From NCBI GenBank assembly GCA_021813945.1, contig JAKAJD010000001.1, positions 432,412 through 496,411 on the forward strand: 64,000 nt of DNA, in the 5' to 3' direction. Made by a program: the position numbers and the translations under genes. The notes beneath the pieces were generated by a model, which worked only from the letters and a program-made list of their open reading frames with translations, did no database searches and was not told where the DNA came from. Below, piece by piece: positions 9,611 to 18,593 of the stretch (positions are counted from its first letter, which is position 1; every line of letters starts with the position of its first letter). This stretch comes from a bacterium (lineage in GTDB: Bacteria > Patescibacteriota > Microgenomatia > Curtissbacterales > GWA2-41-24).

Positions 9611-10442
9611 TTGCCAAGGTGGGTTTTGCAGTAATTAGTAAATGCCAACCGATTGAAGTTTCAAGCAATCTAAATAGTGATTTCGGCAAGTATCGGAAAT
9701 ACCAAACTTTTCTATATCGGTATTTCTTATAATCGGGTATTTGGTAAGGAAAAATATGGTCTGCGCAAATGTCTTTAATTTTAAAACCTCTTAAAAGTTT
9801 TTTTGCCTGTGTTCTCGAATATACATAAGTCACAGGCGAGCCTGTTGCCGCCTCTGAGTGTCTGGCAATAAGTTCGTCCAAGGTCCAAAATGCGCCCTTA
9901 CCATATTTAAAAAGTATCCAAAGTACCTTCCAGGAGTATCGGTTATAGATCATTAATTTAAATACAGTGTTTTTATCTGCGTATTTTTTTATTTCTTTGA
10001 TAGCTTTTTCGGGGTGGGGTGTATGATGGATAACACCAAAGGAATAAATTAAATCGTATCGTCTAATAGGAACGGTTTTCGATAATTCCTCAACATTTGC
10101 AAGATAAAATTTAATCTTGTTTTGCAACCCAAAAACCTTAGCCCTGCGCTTGGCAATATCCAATGATTTTTTCGAAAGTTCAACGGCGGTAACTTTTGCG
10201 CCATGTCTTGCAAAATTTATAGTATCGGTTCCAATACCGCAGCCGATTTCCAAAACACTTTTCCCGCGCCACTTGTCAAATTGTGCAAACGAGACAATAT
10301 GCTGTTCAACAAAATATTTTCTTTTCTCAACCTCGTTGAAGTATTTTTTTGTCCCAATCCTGGATTTTGAGTGTCTAATATTGCAAGGTCTTGCATCCCA
10401 AAACCGTTGAACATCGCCTACAGTTGCTTTCCCAAACCCCAT
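9603..10442 (-). CDS. Class I SAM-dependent methyltransferase
   Basis: VLEIGCGIG, YSFGVIHHTP. Confidence 0.9.
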   Translation of the reverse strand: MGFGKATVGDVQRFWDARPCNIRHSKSRIGTKKYFNEVEKRKYFVEQHIVSFAQFDKWRGKSVLEIGCGIGTDTINFARHGAKVTAVELSKKSLDIAKRRAKVFGLQNKIKFYLANVEELSKTVPIRRYDLIYSFGVIHHTPHPEKAIKEIKKYADKNTVFKLMIYNRYSWKVLWILFKYGKGAFWTLDELIARHSEAATGSPVTYVYSRTQAKKLLRGFKIKDICADHIFPYQIPDYKKYRYRKVWYFRYLPKSLFRLLETSIGWHLLITAKPTLAND

Positions 10443-10443
10443 T

Positions 10444-11388
10444 TCAAATACTTCTCCAGACTAAAGACAACCTGTAAACCGAAAAGGCTTTCAGCTCTTT
10501 TATTATCTTTTGCAATTTACCAAACGAAGGCTGAAGCAAAAAACTTTTAATCAGGTATAAAAATGCCTGCTTTGGCTGCCCTAAACCGTAGGCGCATTGG
10601 CTTGCCCACAAGTTTAAACTCGCATATGCACGCCTTTTTAATTTTTTGATTCTAAGAGGTGTTTTTTTTGATTCAAACAATCTGTCCATTACCTCCTTCT
10701 TAGCCGCAACAAACCTTGCCGTCATTCTCGGCTTCTTACTGTCAAGCTGTGGACTTTCATAAACTCTATATTTGGTAACCACACCAAAGACATGCTTCAT
10801 TGGAAACTTTTGACTGATCCTAACCCACATCTCAAAATCGGGACATGTGTCCAGTGTCGCATCTGCCCAAAAACCGACTCTTTCCAGAGCCGACCTTCTT
10901 ATAAAGGCCGCCTGTGCAGGAGGCACAAGCTCAACACACAAAAGTTTTTCAAAATCATATTCGTGCGCCTTGTAAATGTCGGTTATTTCTCCCTTTTCGT
11001 CAATAATGTACGCATCACCGTAAACAACTCCTACCTTTGGGTATTTGTTAAGTTGTTCAACACCCCAAGAAACCGCTCCAGGCGCCAGCATATCATCGGC
11101 GTTTAGAACCAGAATAATTTCCCCTTTGGCCTTTTGGATTGCCCGGTTTAAGCCGTCAGATTGCCCATTGTCTGGCTCTACAAAAATCTTAATTCTTCCC
11201 CCATATTTAGGACTTTTATACTTTCTCAAAATGCTTTTAGTCTGATCTTTTGAATCTCCGTCCTGGATAATGTGTTCTACATTTGGATAATCTTGGGAAA
11301 GAATACTTATGATGCAATCTTCTATAAACCGTCCGCTGTTGTAAGACGTCGTCACAATCGAAACCATCTGGCTTTTGTTCTTAACCAT
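10444..11388 (-). CDS. Glycosyltransferase family 2
   Basis: SIVTTSYN, DGDSKD, LNADD. Confidence 0.9.
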   Translation of the reverse strand: MVKNKSQMVSIVTTSYNSGRFIEDCIISILSQDYPNVEHIIQDGDSKDQTKSILRKYKSPKYGGRIKIFVEPDNGQSDGLNRAIQKAKGEIILVLNADDMLAPGAVSWGVEQLNKYPKVGVVYGDAYIIDEKGEITDIYKAHEYDFEKLLCVELVPPAQAAFIRRSALERVGFWADATLDTCPDFEMWVRISQKFPMKHVFGVVTKYRVYESPQLDSKKPRMTARFVAAKKEVMDRLFESKKTPLRIKKLKRRAYASLNLWASQCAYGLGQPKQAFLYLIKSFLLQPSFGKLQKIIKELKAFSVYRLSLVWRSI

Positions 11389-12118
11389 GCTTCAAGTAAT
11401 AATTTATAACAGGGTTGGGTTTGCCAATTTTGCACACTTTACCGCCGCGAAGATACAAAACCCTGTTAGAAAACTTTCTTATCATATCAAAATTATGACT
11501 AACCAATATCAAAGTTTTCTTATGATCCAGGGATTGCTCAATTTTTACAAGGCACTTCTTTTGAAAGTCCGCATCGCCGACTGCCAAAACCTCGTCAATT
11601 AAAAGAACGTCCCAATCCAAGTGAATTGCCACAGAAAAGGCAAGCCTGACATACATTCCGGAAGAATAGTATTTAACCGGCGTATCTAAAAACTTTCCGA
11701 TCCCAGAAAATGCGACTATCTGGTCAAACCTTTGCCTAACACTTGCCAAATCCATCCCCAGTATTGTCCCGTATAAATAAACATTCTCCCTACCTGTAAA
11801 ATCAGGGTGGAACCCCGTCCCGACTTCCAAAAGTGCTGCAACCTTGCCATCAATTCTAAATTTTCCCGACGTTGGGTAAGTCACCCCGGAAAGTATTTTA
11901 AGAAGCGTGGATTTCCCCGATCCGTTTGCCCCGATTATCCCTAACCTTTCCCCCTGTGAAACTGACAAATTAATGTCGCGAAGAGCCCAAAACCCCTTAA
12001 GCTTTTGCTTAAATAAAAATATCGGCAATGCGTCACCTAACTTTTTGGGTTGGCCGATTTTGTATCTTTTTGAAAGCTTGTCTATGGCAATCACATCTTC
12101 AGCTACTTTAAATGACAT
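11381..12118 (-). CDS. wzt: Polysaccharide ABC exporter ATPase (no C-terminal carbohydrate-binding domain)
   Basis: GANGSGKST, YSSGMYVRLAF, IDEVLAVGD. Confidence 0.9.
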   Translation of the reverse strand: MSFKVAEDVIAIDKLSKRYKIGQPKKLGDALPIFLFKQKLKGFWALRDINLSVSQGERLGIIGANGSGKSTLLKILSGVTYPTSGKFRIDGKVAALLEVGTGFHPDFTGRENVYLYGTILGMDLASVRQRFDQIVAFSGIGKFLDTPVKYYSSGMYVRLAFSVAIHLDWDVLLIDEVLAVGDADFQKKCLVKIEQSLDHKKTLILVSHNFDMIRKFSNRVLYLRGGKVCKIGKPNPVINYYLKHG

Positions 12119-12899
12119 CGGCAAATCCTTTCTCTAGTTTTTTAAACAGCACATAACTTACGACAATCAGGACAAATGTAACGGCAAGCGTAATTAGCAT
12201 TGAAGCTACTTCCGGTGGACCACTGGTTAAAACTGCTCTGCGCAGTCCTTCCAAAACTCCGGTCATTGGATTTAGTTTTGCAATCAGCTGGTACTTTGCT
12301 GGTACCAAATCCAGAGGGTACAAAACCGGCGTGAGAAAAAGCCATGCCATTAAAATAATCGGGATAATCGCCGTTACATCGCGAAAGTAAACATTAATGG
12401 ACGAAAAAAACATCCCTATTGCCAGAGCCAGCAGCATTTCAATAATCAGAATTGGAACGACCCAAAAAATATAGACTGAAATACCTATGTGAAAGAAAAC
12501 GATGATAATAATAAGCACAAGAAGCGACGCAACAAGATCAGGTATTCTGCTTAAAACTGACGATAAGATGAGGATCTCTTTGGGAAAAGCCACCTTTGTC
12601 ACCAAATTAGAATTACCGGTAACCGAAAGCGTAGCACTGGAAACAGACTGAGAGAAAAAGTTCCAAAAAATAAAGCCTGTAAAAACTAAAGGCAAATAAG
12701 GAATTTTACCTTGAGGCACTTTAAATACCATCCCAAAAACAAGCCAAAATACTAAAGCTTGAAATGTGGGCGTCAAAACTGCCCAGGCAAAACCGAAAAG
12801 CGCCTGTTTGTATCGGCTTTTAACATCGCGCCAAACCAAAAGTAAGAGCAAGTACCGAAAGCGCCAAAGACTAATTTTATTCTGAAGCTGCCAAAACAC
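12108..12899 (-). CDS. wzm: Polysaccharide ABC exporter permease
   Basis: RDVKSRYKQALFGFAWA, TPVLYP, NPM; GTG start 8 nt after TATACT. Confidence 0.9.
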   Translation of the reverse strand: MFWQLQNKISLWRFRYLLLLLVWRDVKSRYKQALFGFAWAVLTPTFQALVFWLVFGMVFKVPQGKIPYLPLVFTGFIFWNFFSQSVSSATLSVTGNSNLVTKVAFPKEILILSSVLSRIPDLVASLLVLIIIIVFFHIGISVYIFWVVPILIIEMLLALAIGMFFSSINVYFRDVTAIIPIILMAWLFLTPVLYPLDLVPAKYQLIAKLNPMTGVLEGLRRAVLTSGPPEVASMLITLAVTFVLIVVSYVLFKKLEKGFADVI

Positions 12900-12972
12900 T
12901 GAGCAAGAGTATAACATCAAACTCGAAACTAGTGATTTGGCAACTCTATGTGGCTTTCTAATACCTAGAAAG

Positions 12973-13407
12973 CTATTGCGCTGCGGGCGAAGCAGATGGC
13001 CTAAACTGTGGTGGGTTTATCTGCACACTTTGGGCATTTATAGACCCGTCCGAATTTGCCGTTCCAAATACCATAACCGTGTCACCGTTTTGAATATCCG
13101 ATTTTGCTGCCGGCTGCTGTTTGCCAACTTGGGTACCAGAAGAAATTATTACAATTTTGCTGGAACCGTCGGGTAGCTTAACAGTTATTCCGTTGTCATT
13201 TGAAGATATGACCTGGCCTCTTGCCCCGGTTTCTCCGTTTCTGCCACCGAACCTCCCTTGGCCACCGTTTCTGCCTTGCAGGCCAGCTTGAGCCCCTCGG
13301 CCCATCATCGGAGTTTTACCTTTCTGGTACTCAATTCCTCCCCAAAAAGCAGCTGCTCCTACAGCTAAAACTAAAATTATCGTAAAAACTATTTGTTGTG
13401 CTTTCAT
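12973..13407 (-). CDS. Membrane-anchored Gly-rich protein with DUF5666-like beta domain
   Basis: N-terminal TM, GRGG-rich linker, GDTVMVFG...GSINAQSVQI; SD AGGAGGTGA. Confidence 0.7.
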   Translation of the reverse strand: MKAQQIVFTIILVLAVGAAAFWGGIEYQKGKTPMMGRGAQAGLQGRNGGQGRFGGRNGETGARGQVISSNDNGITVKLPDGSSKIVIISSGTQVGKQQPAAKSDIQNGDTVMVFGTANSDGSINAQSVQINPPQFRPSASPAAQ

Positions 13408-13426
13408 TTTTTCACCTCCTTTTTAT

Positions 13427-13447
13427 AAATTCTAATTTCGAAATACT
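13427..13447. repeat. 7-bp-period tract
   Basis: aaattct aatttcg aaatact. Confidence 0.45.
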
Positions 13448-13459
13448 CTTCTGCGCAAA

Positions 13460-13507
13460 AAGGTCAGGCCTTTTACAAAAGGTAAACCAAAGTCAAGACC
13501 TGACCTT
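13460..13507. repeat. Inverted doublet of the 13-bp palindromic repeat (REP/REPIN-like)
   Basis: AAGGTCAGGCCTT (13460-72), 22 nt, AAGACCTGACCTT (13495-507). Confidence 0.8.
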
Positions 13508-13537
13508 AACATGCGATTAACCCGGAACCGAAAATCA

Positions 13538-14764
13538 CTATTCATATCTCAACGCCTCTATTGGCTGCAAATTTGCGGCTTTTCTTGCCGGGTAAAGTCC
13601 AAAAATTATGCCGATACCTCCGGAAACCCCGATTGCCAAAGCAATAGAAGTTGGCGAAATCACAAATGGCGCACCGGTCAAGCGCGAAATGAGAAACGAT
13701 GCCACGACCCCAAAAATCATTCCGATTATTCCGCCTGCAAAGGTTAAAATTACGGCTTCTGTTAAAAACTGGGTTATTATCACTTTCTTTTTGGCTCCAA
13801 GCGCTTTTCGAAGGCCAATCTCGCGAGTCCGCTCAGTAACCGTCACAAGCATAATATTCATGATTCCAATTCCACCAACCAAAAGCGAAATTGCCGCAAT
13901 GCCCGCAAGAAGAGTTGTAAATGTGGCAGTAGTCGCCGAAACGGTATTTAAAATATCCTGTTGGGAAAAAATGGAAAAATCAGCTTGCGACGGATCCCTC
14001 AATTTATGTCTCGAAAGCAAAAGGTAACCAACCTGGTTTTCGGCTTCTACCATCACATCTTGGCTTTTGGCTTCAAGCGAAATGGCAGTCAGGTAGTTGA
14101 TTCCAAAAATTTGCCTTTGGGCTGTTGTCAATGGAATCCAGACAATATCATCCTGGTTGCCAAAACCGGTCCCACCTTTGGAAACCGTCTCGCCGACAAT
14201 TTTGAATATCTGTCCGTTTATTCGAATCTGTTGGCCAACACCGCTACTGCCCGCGCCGAATAAATCGCTGGCAACAGTTGGGCCAATAACGGCTACCTTT
14301 GAGGCTCCGTCGACATCCCGAGCCGAAATAAACTGGCCAGTATCAACTTGGACTTTATGGACTTGTGCATAAGCAGGCGTTACTCCGATAACCTGGACAT
14401 TACTGTTTGCACTGCCGGTTGAAACTTGCGCCCGCCTGGAAACTTCCGGAGAAACCGCACTTATGTTTGTCACCGCTCCCAAAGAATTGGAAATTGCATT
14501 AGCATCATCCAAAGTTAGGGTTGTGGACGATCCGGCTGCTTGGCGCACACCACCGGTATTGGGTGCGCCCGGACTAACAGTTAGCAAATTTGCGCCCAAT
14601 GACTGGATTCTACTTTGGACGGATTGGGAAGTTGCCTGCCCTAACGATATCAGGGCAATTACACTCCCAATCCCAATAACAATTCCTAAAATCGCCAAAC
14701 CGGTCCTGAGTTTATTGATAAAAAGGGTTCCAAAAGATTCGTTAACAACCTCCGAAAACTGCAT
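13538..14764 (-). CDS. macB: MacB/FtsX-family ABC permease
   Basis: LRTGLAILGIVIGIGSVI, GGIGIMNIMLVTVTERTREIGLRKALGA, PIEALRYE. Confidence 0.92.
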   Translation of the reverse strand: MQFSEVVNESFGTLFINKLRTGLAILGIVIGIGSVIALISLGQATSQSVQSRIQSLGANLLTVSPGAPNTGGVRQAAGSSTTLTLDDANAISNSLGAVTNISAVSPEVSRRAQVSTGSANSNVQVIGVTPAYAQVHKVQVDTGQFISARDVDGASKVAVIGPTVASDLFGAGSSGVGQQIRINGQIFKIVGETVSKGGTGFGNQDDIVWIPLTTAQRQIFGINYLTAISLEAKSQDVMVEAENQVGYLLLSRHKLRDPSQADFSIFSQQDILNTVSATTATFTTLLAGIAAISLLVGGIGIMNIMLVTVTERTREIGLRKALGAKKKVIITQFLTEAVILTFAGGIIGMIFGVVASFLISRLTGAPFVISPTSIALAIGVSGGIGIIFGLYPARKAANLQPIEALRYE

Positions 14765-15471
14765 TAATTCACCCTTCTTGCCTTCCTGCGCACTCCGTTT
14801 TTATGATCAGATATTATTTTTCCGTCTTTTATCTGGATAATTCGTTTGGCATGTTCGGCAATATCCGGCTCATGCGTAATCATAATTATTGTGTGGCCCT
14901 GGGAATTTAATTTTTTAAAAATTGCCATGATCTCTTCAGCTTGGTTGGAAGCGATATTACCGGTTGGCTCGTCCGCCAAAATTATGCTCGGATCCAAAAC
15001 CAGCGCCCTGGCTATTGCCACGCGTTGCTGCTGACCACCCGAAAGCTGGTTGGAGGTGTGATCCAGCCGATCTCCCAACCCAACCATTTCTAGATATTTT
15101 CTAGCCCGCTGCCGCCTTTCCTCTTTGGGAATCTCGGCGTAAATCATAGGAATCATCACATTCTGAAGAGCTGTCCTTCGAGGCAATAAGTTAAAAGCCT
15201 GGAAAACAAAACCGATTTTGCGGTTTCTGATATCTGCCAAATCGTCATCCGACATATCTTCGACATCCTCACCGTCCAGCTCATATTTACCGCTCGTCGG
15301 CTTATCTAAAGCCCCCAGCATATGCATCAGGGTAGATTTGCCTGATCCGGAAGGACCCATAATGGCCACAAATTCGCCTTTTTGAACATTGAAGGAAACA
15401 TCATCAAGGGCAACCGTCTCAACGTCACCCGTTTGGTAAATTTTCGATAAGTTGGAAATCGTAATCATCAT
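14764..15471 (-). CDS. MacB/LolD-type ABC ATPase
   Basis: GPSGSGKST, LSGGQQQR, ADEPTG, ITH. Confidence 0.93.
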   Translation of the reverse strand: MMITISNLSKIYQTGDVETVALDDVSFNVQKGEFVAIMGPSGSGKSTLMHMLGALDKPTSGKYELDGEDVEDMSDDDLADIRNRKIGFVFQAFNLLPRRTALQNVMIPMIYAEIPKEERRQRARKYLEMVGLGDRLDHTSNQLSGGQQQRVAIARALVLDPSIILADEPTGNIASNQAEEIMAIFKKLNSQGHTIIMITHEPDIAEHAKRIIQIKDGKIISDHKNGVRRKARRVN

Positions 15472-15477
15472 AACCTG

Positions 15478-16824
15478 TCATCTTCCTCCACCGCCGCCAA
15501 CAGCTCTAAAGAAACCGCCGCCTCCGCCACCGCTAAATGGCGAGGTGGAAGCCCCAGTTGTTCCACTTTTTGTGGGAGTGCTTGAAGAAGTAACAACCGT
15601 ATCGCCTTCGTTTATTCCGGATACTATCTCGGTTTGCGTATCGTTGGCCCCGCCGACAACAACAGGCACAGATTGAACATTTCCGTTTTTAAGAATCCTG
15701 ACTGTTGCCTGCCCACCTGCATTTTGCACCGCCGCAGAAGGAACCAAAAGCACATCACTTTTTACATCGGTAATAATGCTGGCAGATGCCGCCATATTTG
15801 GTAAAACTCCGGGCGCGTCGCTGTCAAATGCCACAAGAACTGTATAATTTGTGACTCCACTTGAAACTGTCCCAATGTTATCAACAGCAGCCACCTTGCC
15901 GGTGAAAGTTTTGCCCGGAAAAGCGTTAAGAGAAACAGTCACGTCTTGGCCAAGCTTAATTGAGCCAATATCGGTTTCCGAAGCATTAAAAGTGGCAACC
16001 GGCAAACCATTGTTTTGAATAACTGCAACCCTTTGGGAATTTTGGTTAGATCCGACAGACCCACCAGTTCCAACAGAAACAGATGACCCCTGACTTCCTA
16101 AAACCATTCCGGGAATAATCTGCACATTAGAAACCGTGCCAGCAATCGTGGAAGTGACGGCAGGTGACGCCAGCTGGAAGACAGACGATGCATTGCTAAG
16201 GCTGGCTTGGGAAGCCGCAATTGCCCCTTGCTGGTTTTTATAATTAGCTTCCGCTGCCAGCCAATCGTCCTGAACCGTTGTAAAAGCCGGCAGAGCCCTA
16301 TTGCCAACATTTGGGCTCCCATCTGCGTTTTGGTACGTAGAGTTAGTCGCAAGGTCTGTATACGTTTTCCATTTGGAATACATAGTAGATTGCAGACTAA
16401 AAAGTGTAGCATTGGCAGCATCCAAGTTGTGTTTAGCCAAAAGAAGTGACGCCTGTGCTTGGGTAAATTGTTGCTGGCCAACCGGATCTAGTGTTATCTG
16501 GGCAATTTGCTGCCCCGCAGAAACAGTATCACCATTTTTGACATAAACGTTAGAAACCACACCGCTTGCCGATGTAGATATATTAATTATGTTTGTGGAA
16601 AGTATTTGCCCGGATTCAGAAACACTTTGAACCAAAGTACCTTTCTGGGCCTGGGTTGATTGGTACGTAGGTTTTTGGGTTGAGGCTTTGTATCTTTGAA
16701 ACCCAAAATATCCCAAAACAACGATAATAATCAGCAAAATTGCCAACCTCTTGCGGCTTGAGAAAACTGAAAAAAAACGGCTTTTCCCCGCAGGCGAACT
16801 GTTTTTTCTCTTTACGTTTGCCAT
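15478..16824 (-). CDS. macA: MacA-like membrane fusion (periplasmic adaptor) protein
   Basis: N-terminal TM, lipoyl halves (SGVVSNVYVKNGDTV), helical hairpin, PNMAA, VVGGAND, Gly-rich tail. Confidence 0.85.
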   Translation of the reverse strand: MANVKRKNSSPAGKSRFFSVFSSRKRLAILLIIIVVLGYFGFQRYKASTQKPTYQSTQAQKGTLVQSVSESGQILSTNIINISTSASGVVSNVYVKNGDTVSAGQQIAQITLDPVGQQQFTQAQASLLLAKHNLDAANATLFSLQSTMYSKWKTYTDLATNSTYQNADGSPNVGNRALPAFTTVQDDWLAAEANYKNQQGAIAASQASLSNASSVFQLASPAVTSTIAGTVSNVQIIPGMVLGSQGSSVSVGTGGSVGSNQNSQRVAVIQNNGLPVATFNASETDIGSIKLGQDVTVSLNAFPGKTFTGKVAAVDNIGTVSSGVTNYTVLVAFDSDAPGVLPNMAASASIITDVKSDVLLVPSAAVQNAGGQATVRILKNGNVQSVPVVVGGANDTQTEIVSGINEGDTVVTSSSTPTKSGTTGASTSPFSGGGGGGFFRAVGGGGGR

Positions 16825-16849
16825 TTGCCAGTATTTTAAAAAAAAGTTG

Positions 16850-16865
16850 CTGAGAATAAGCTTAA
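16850..16865 (-). promoter_or_regulatory. Putative OmpR-family binding box upstream of macA
   Basis: - strand TTAAG-CTTATT-CTCAG, 11 nt before TAAAAT. Confidence 0.7.
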
Positions 16866-17866
16866 GAATTTGGTAATAAGACGGTAAAAGTACTGCCTTT
16901 ACCTTCCTGGCTTTGTACGCTAATAGATCCGCCGTAAAGTTCCGCTATTTTTTTGGCAATGGAAAGCCCTAATCCATAACCATTGGCATTTACCTTAGAC
17001 CTGGCTTTATCGCCTCTATAAAATCTTTCAAAAACATGCTCTAAATTCTTTTTGGAAATTCCCATTCCGTTATCTGTTATTTTGACTGCAACATCATTGT
17101 TAATTTTTTCTACTTTTACTTTAACTGTTAATCCTTTCGGGCTGTACTTTATAGCATTATCAAAAAGAATAACCATAAGCTCAACAAGGCTTTCCCTTTC
17201 CGCCCTAACTTTGTATTTCGAATCTGAAATATCTAAAGTTATACTCCTTGATTTAGAAAGTGTTCTTACTCTGCGCTTTGCCTCCTCAAGTATTTGTGAA
17301 ACAGCAATAACCTCTAAAGGCAAATCCCCATTTAGCTTCTCAAACTGGGAAAGCCTTAAGAGCTTGTCTGTCAAAACTCTAAGATTCTCAATCTCTTCCA
17401 AGTTATCCCTCAGAAGACTTTTTGCTTCTGCCGAACTAAGGTTCTTTTCCCGAAGTCCAACTTCTGTCGACGTCTTAAGGGCAGTTAAAGGGGTTCTCAA
17501 CTCATGGGACGCACCCGAAATAAACTTATTCTGTTCGTCTATCATTTCCTCAATCGGATTTAAGGTTCTCCCTGCTAAAAAATATCCGGCCGCGCCGGAA
17601 AAGCCTAAAATCATGAGGTTAAAAATTATGAGGGCTATTCTTATTCTGGACCTGCTTTCTTCCAAAACTTCCGGATCGATCCTAAAAATACGGCCCGATG
17701 GCGCAAGACCCTGACTTTTTTCTTGCTGCCTTATTCGCTGAACCCTTTCGATCCTTGAAAGCTCATTTGTAGATCCAGCATAAATCATCACACTAAAAAT
17801 CGAACTAATCAACATGATAATTAGTAAATAGAAAAATGTAAGCTTTAACCGTGCCCGCTCAAACAT
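16862..17866 (-). CDS. Sensor histidine kinase (HisKA + HATPase, short extracytoplasmic loop)
   Basis: ASHELRTP, DNAIKYS, DNGMGI, FERFYR, GYGLGL. Confidence 0.93.
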   Translation of the reverse strand: MFERARLKLTFFYLLIIMLISSIFSVMIYAGSTNELSRIERVQRIRQQEKSQGLAPSGRIFRIDPEVLEESRSRIRIALIIFNLMILGFSGAAGYFLAGRTLNPIEEMIDEQNKFISGASHELRTPLTALKTSTEVGLREKNLSSAEAKSLLRDNLEEIENLRVLTDKLLRLSQFEKLNGDLPLEVIAVSQILEEAKRRVRTLSKSRSITLDISDSKYKVRAERESLVELMVILFDNAIKYSPKGLTVKVKVEKINNDVAVKITDNGMGISKKNLEHVFERFYRGDKARSKVNANGYGLGLSIAKKIAELYGGSISVQSQEGKGSTFTVLLPNS

Positions 17867-18547
17867 TTAATTACTTTCTCCAATTTTGTAACCAAAACCG
17901 CGCTGTGTGTGGATAAGTTGCGGTAAATTTTTAAAAGCCCTGTCTACTTTATTTCTTAAATAACCCATGTATACCTCAACTGTATTAGGCAAGACATCAG
18001 AATCGTAATCCCAAACATGACCTATTATCTGGTCCTTTGTGAGTGTTTGACCAGTGTGCCGCATTAAATACTCCAAAAGCGCAAATTCACGGCTGGTAAG
18101 ATTGATTTTATTTTTACCCCGAAACACCTCGTAAGTTGTTGTATTTAAGGTTAAATTTGATACTTTAAGAGTGGTCTCCAAAGAATTTTTAGGTCTTCTT
18201 GAAAGCGCACGTACTCGGGCTAAAAGCTCTTCGAATGCAAACGGCTTAACCAGGTAATCGTCTGCCCCGGAATTTAAGCCCTCAACTTTATCGGAAATTT
18301 GCCCCCTGGCAGTTAAAATCAAAATTGGGGTGTGAATACCCTCCCCCCTGAGTTTCTTGCAAATTTCTACTCCGTCCATCTCGGGAAGCATCCGATCTAA
18401 GATAATCGCATCGTAATCTTCGCTGGAAGCCAAATCATATCCGTTGCTTCCTGTGTAAGCCACATCCACAGCTAAAGATTCTTGCTCCAAACCGCGCTTT
18501 ATAGAACCTGCAATTTTATGGTCATCCTCAACGACAAGCACTCTCAT
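17867..18547 (-). CDS. OmpR-family response regulator
   Basis: VVEDD, ILDRMLP, LTA, YLVKPF, winged helix ...RGFGY. Confidence 0.95.
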   Translation of the reverse strand: MRVLVVEDDHKIAGSIKRGLEQESLAVDVAYTGSNGYDLASSEDYDAIILDRMLPEMDGVEICKKLRGEGIHTPILILTARGQISDKVEGLNSGADDYLVKPFAFEELLARVRALSRRPKNSLETTLKVSNLTLNTTTYEVFRGKNKINLTSREFALLEYLMRHTGQTLTKDQIIGHVWDYDSDVLPNTVEVYMGYLRNKVDRAFKNLPQLIHTQRGFGYKIGESN

Positions 18548-18571
18548 GCGAAGCCATATTATACAACCTCG

Positions 18572-18587
18572 CTGAGAAAAACCTTAA
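18572..18587 (-). promoter_or_regulatory. Putative OmpR-family binding box upstream of the response regulator
   Basis: - strand TTAAG-GTTTTT-CTCAG, 8 nt before TATAAT. Confidence 0.7.
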
Positions 18588-18593
18588 AAATGG

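Noticed and set aside
17052-17714. 220-aa + strand ORF (and similar ones at 46394-46963, 23745-24239, 63279-63788)
   Set aside because: Antisense shadows of well-supported genes with no protein-like motifs.
17908-17916. Perfect DnaA box (TGTGGATAA)
   Set aside because: Single copy inside a coding region; no oriC-like cluster.
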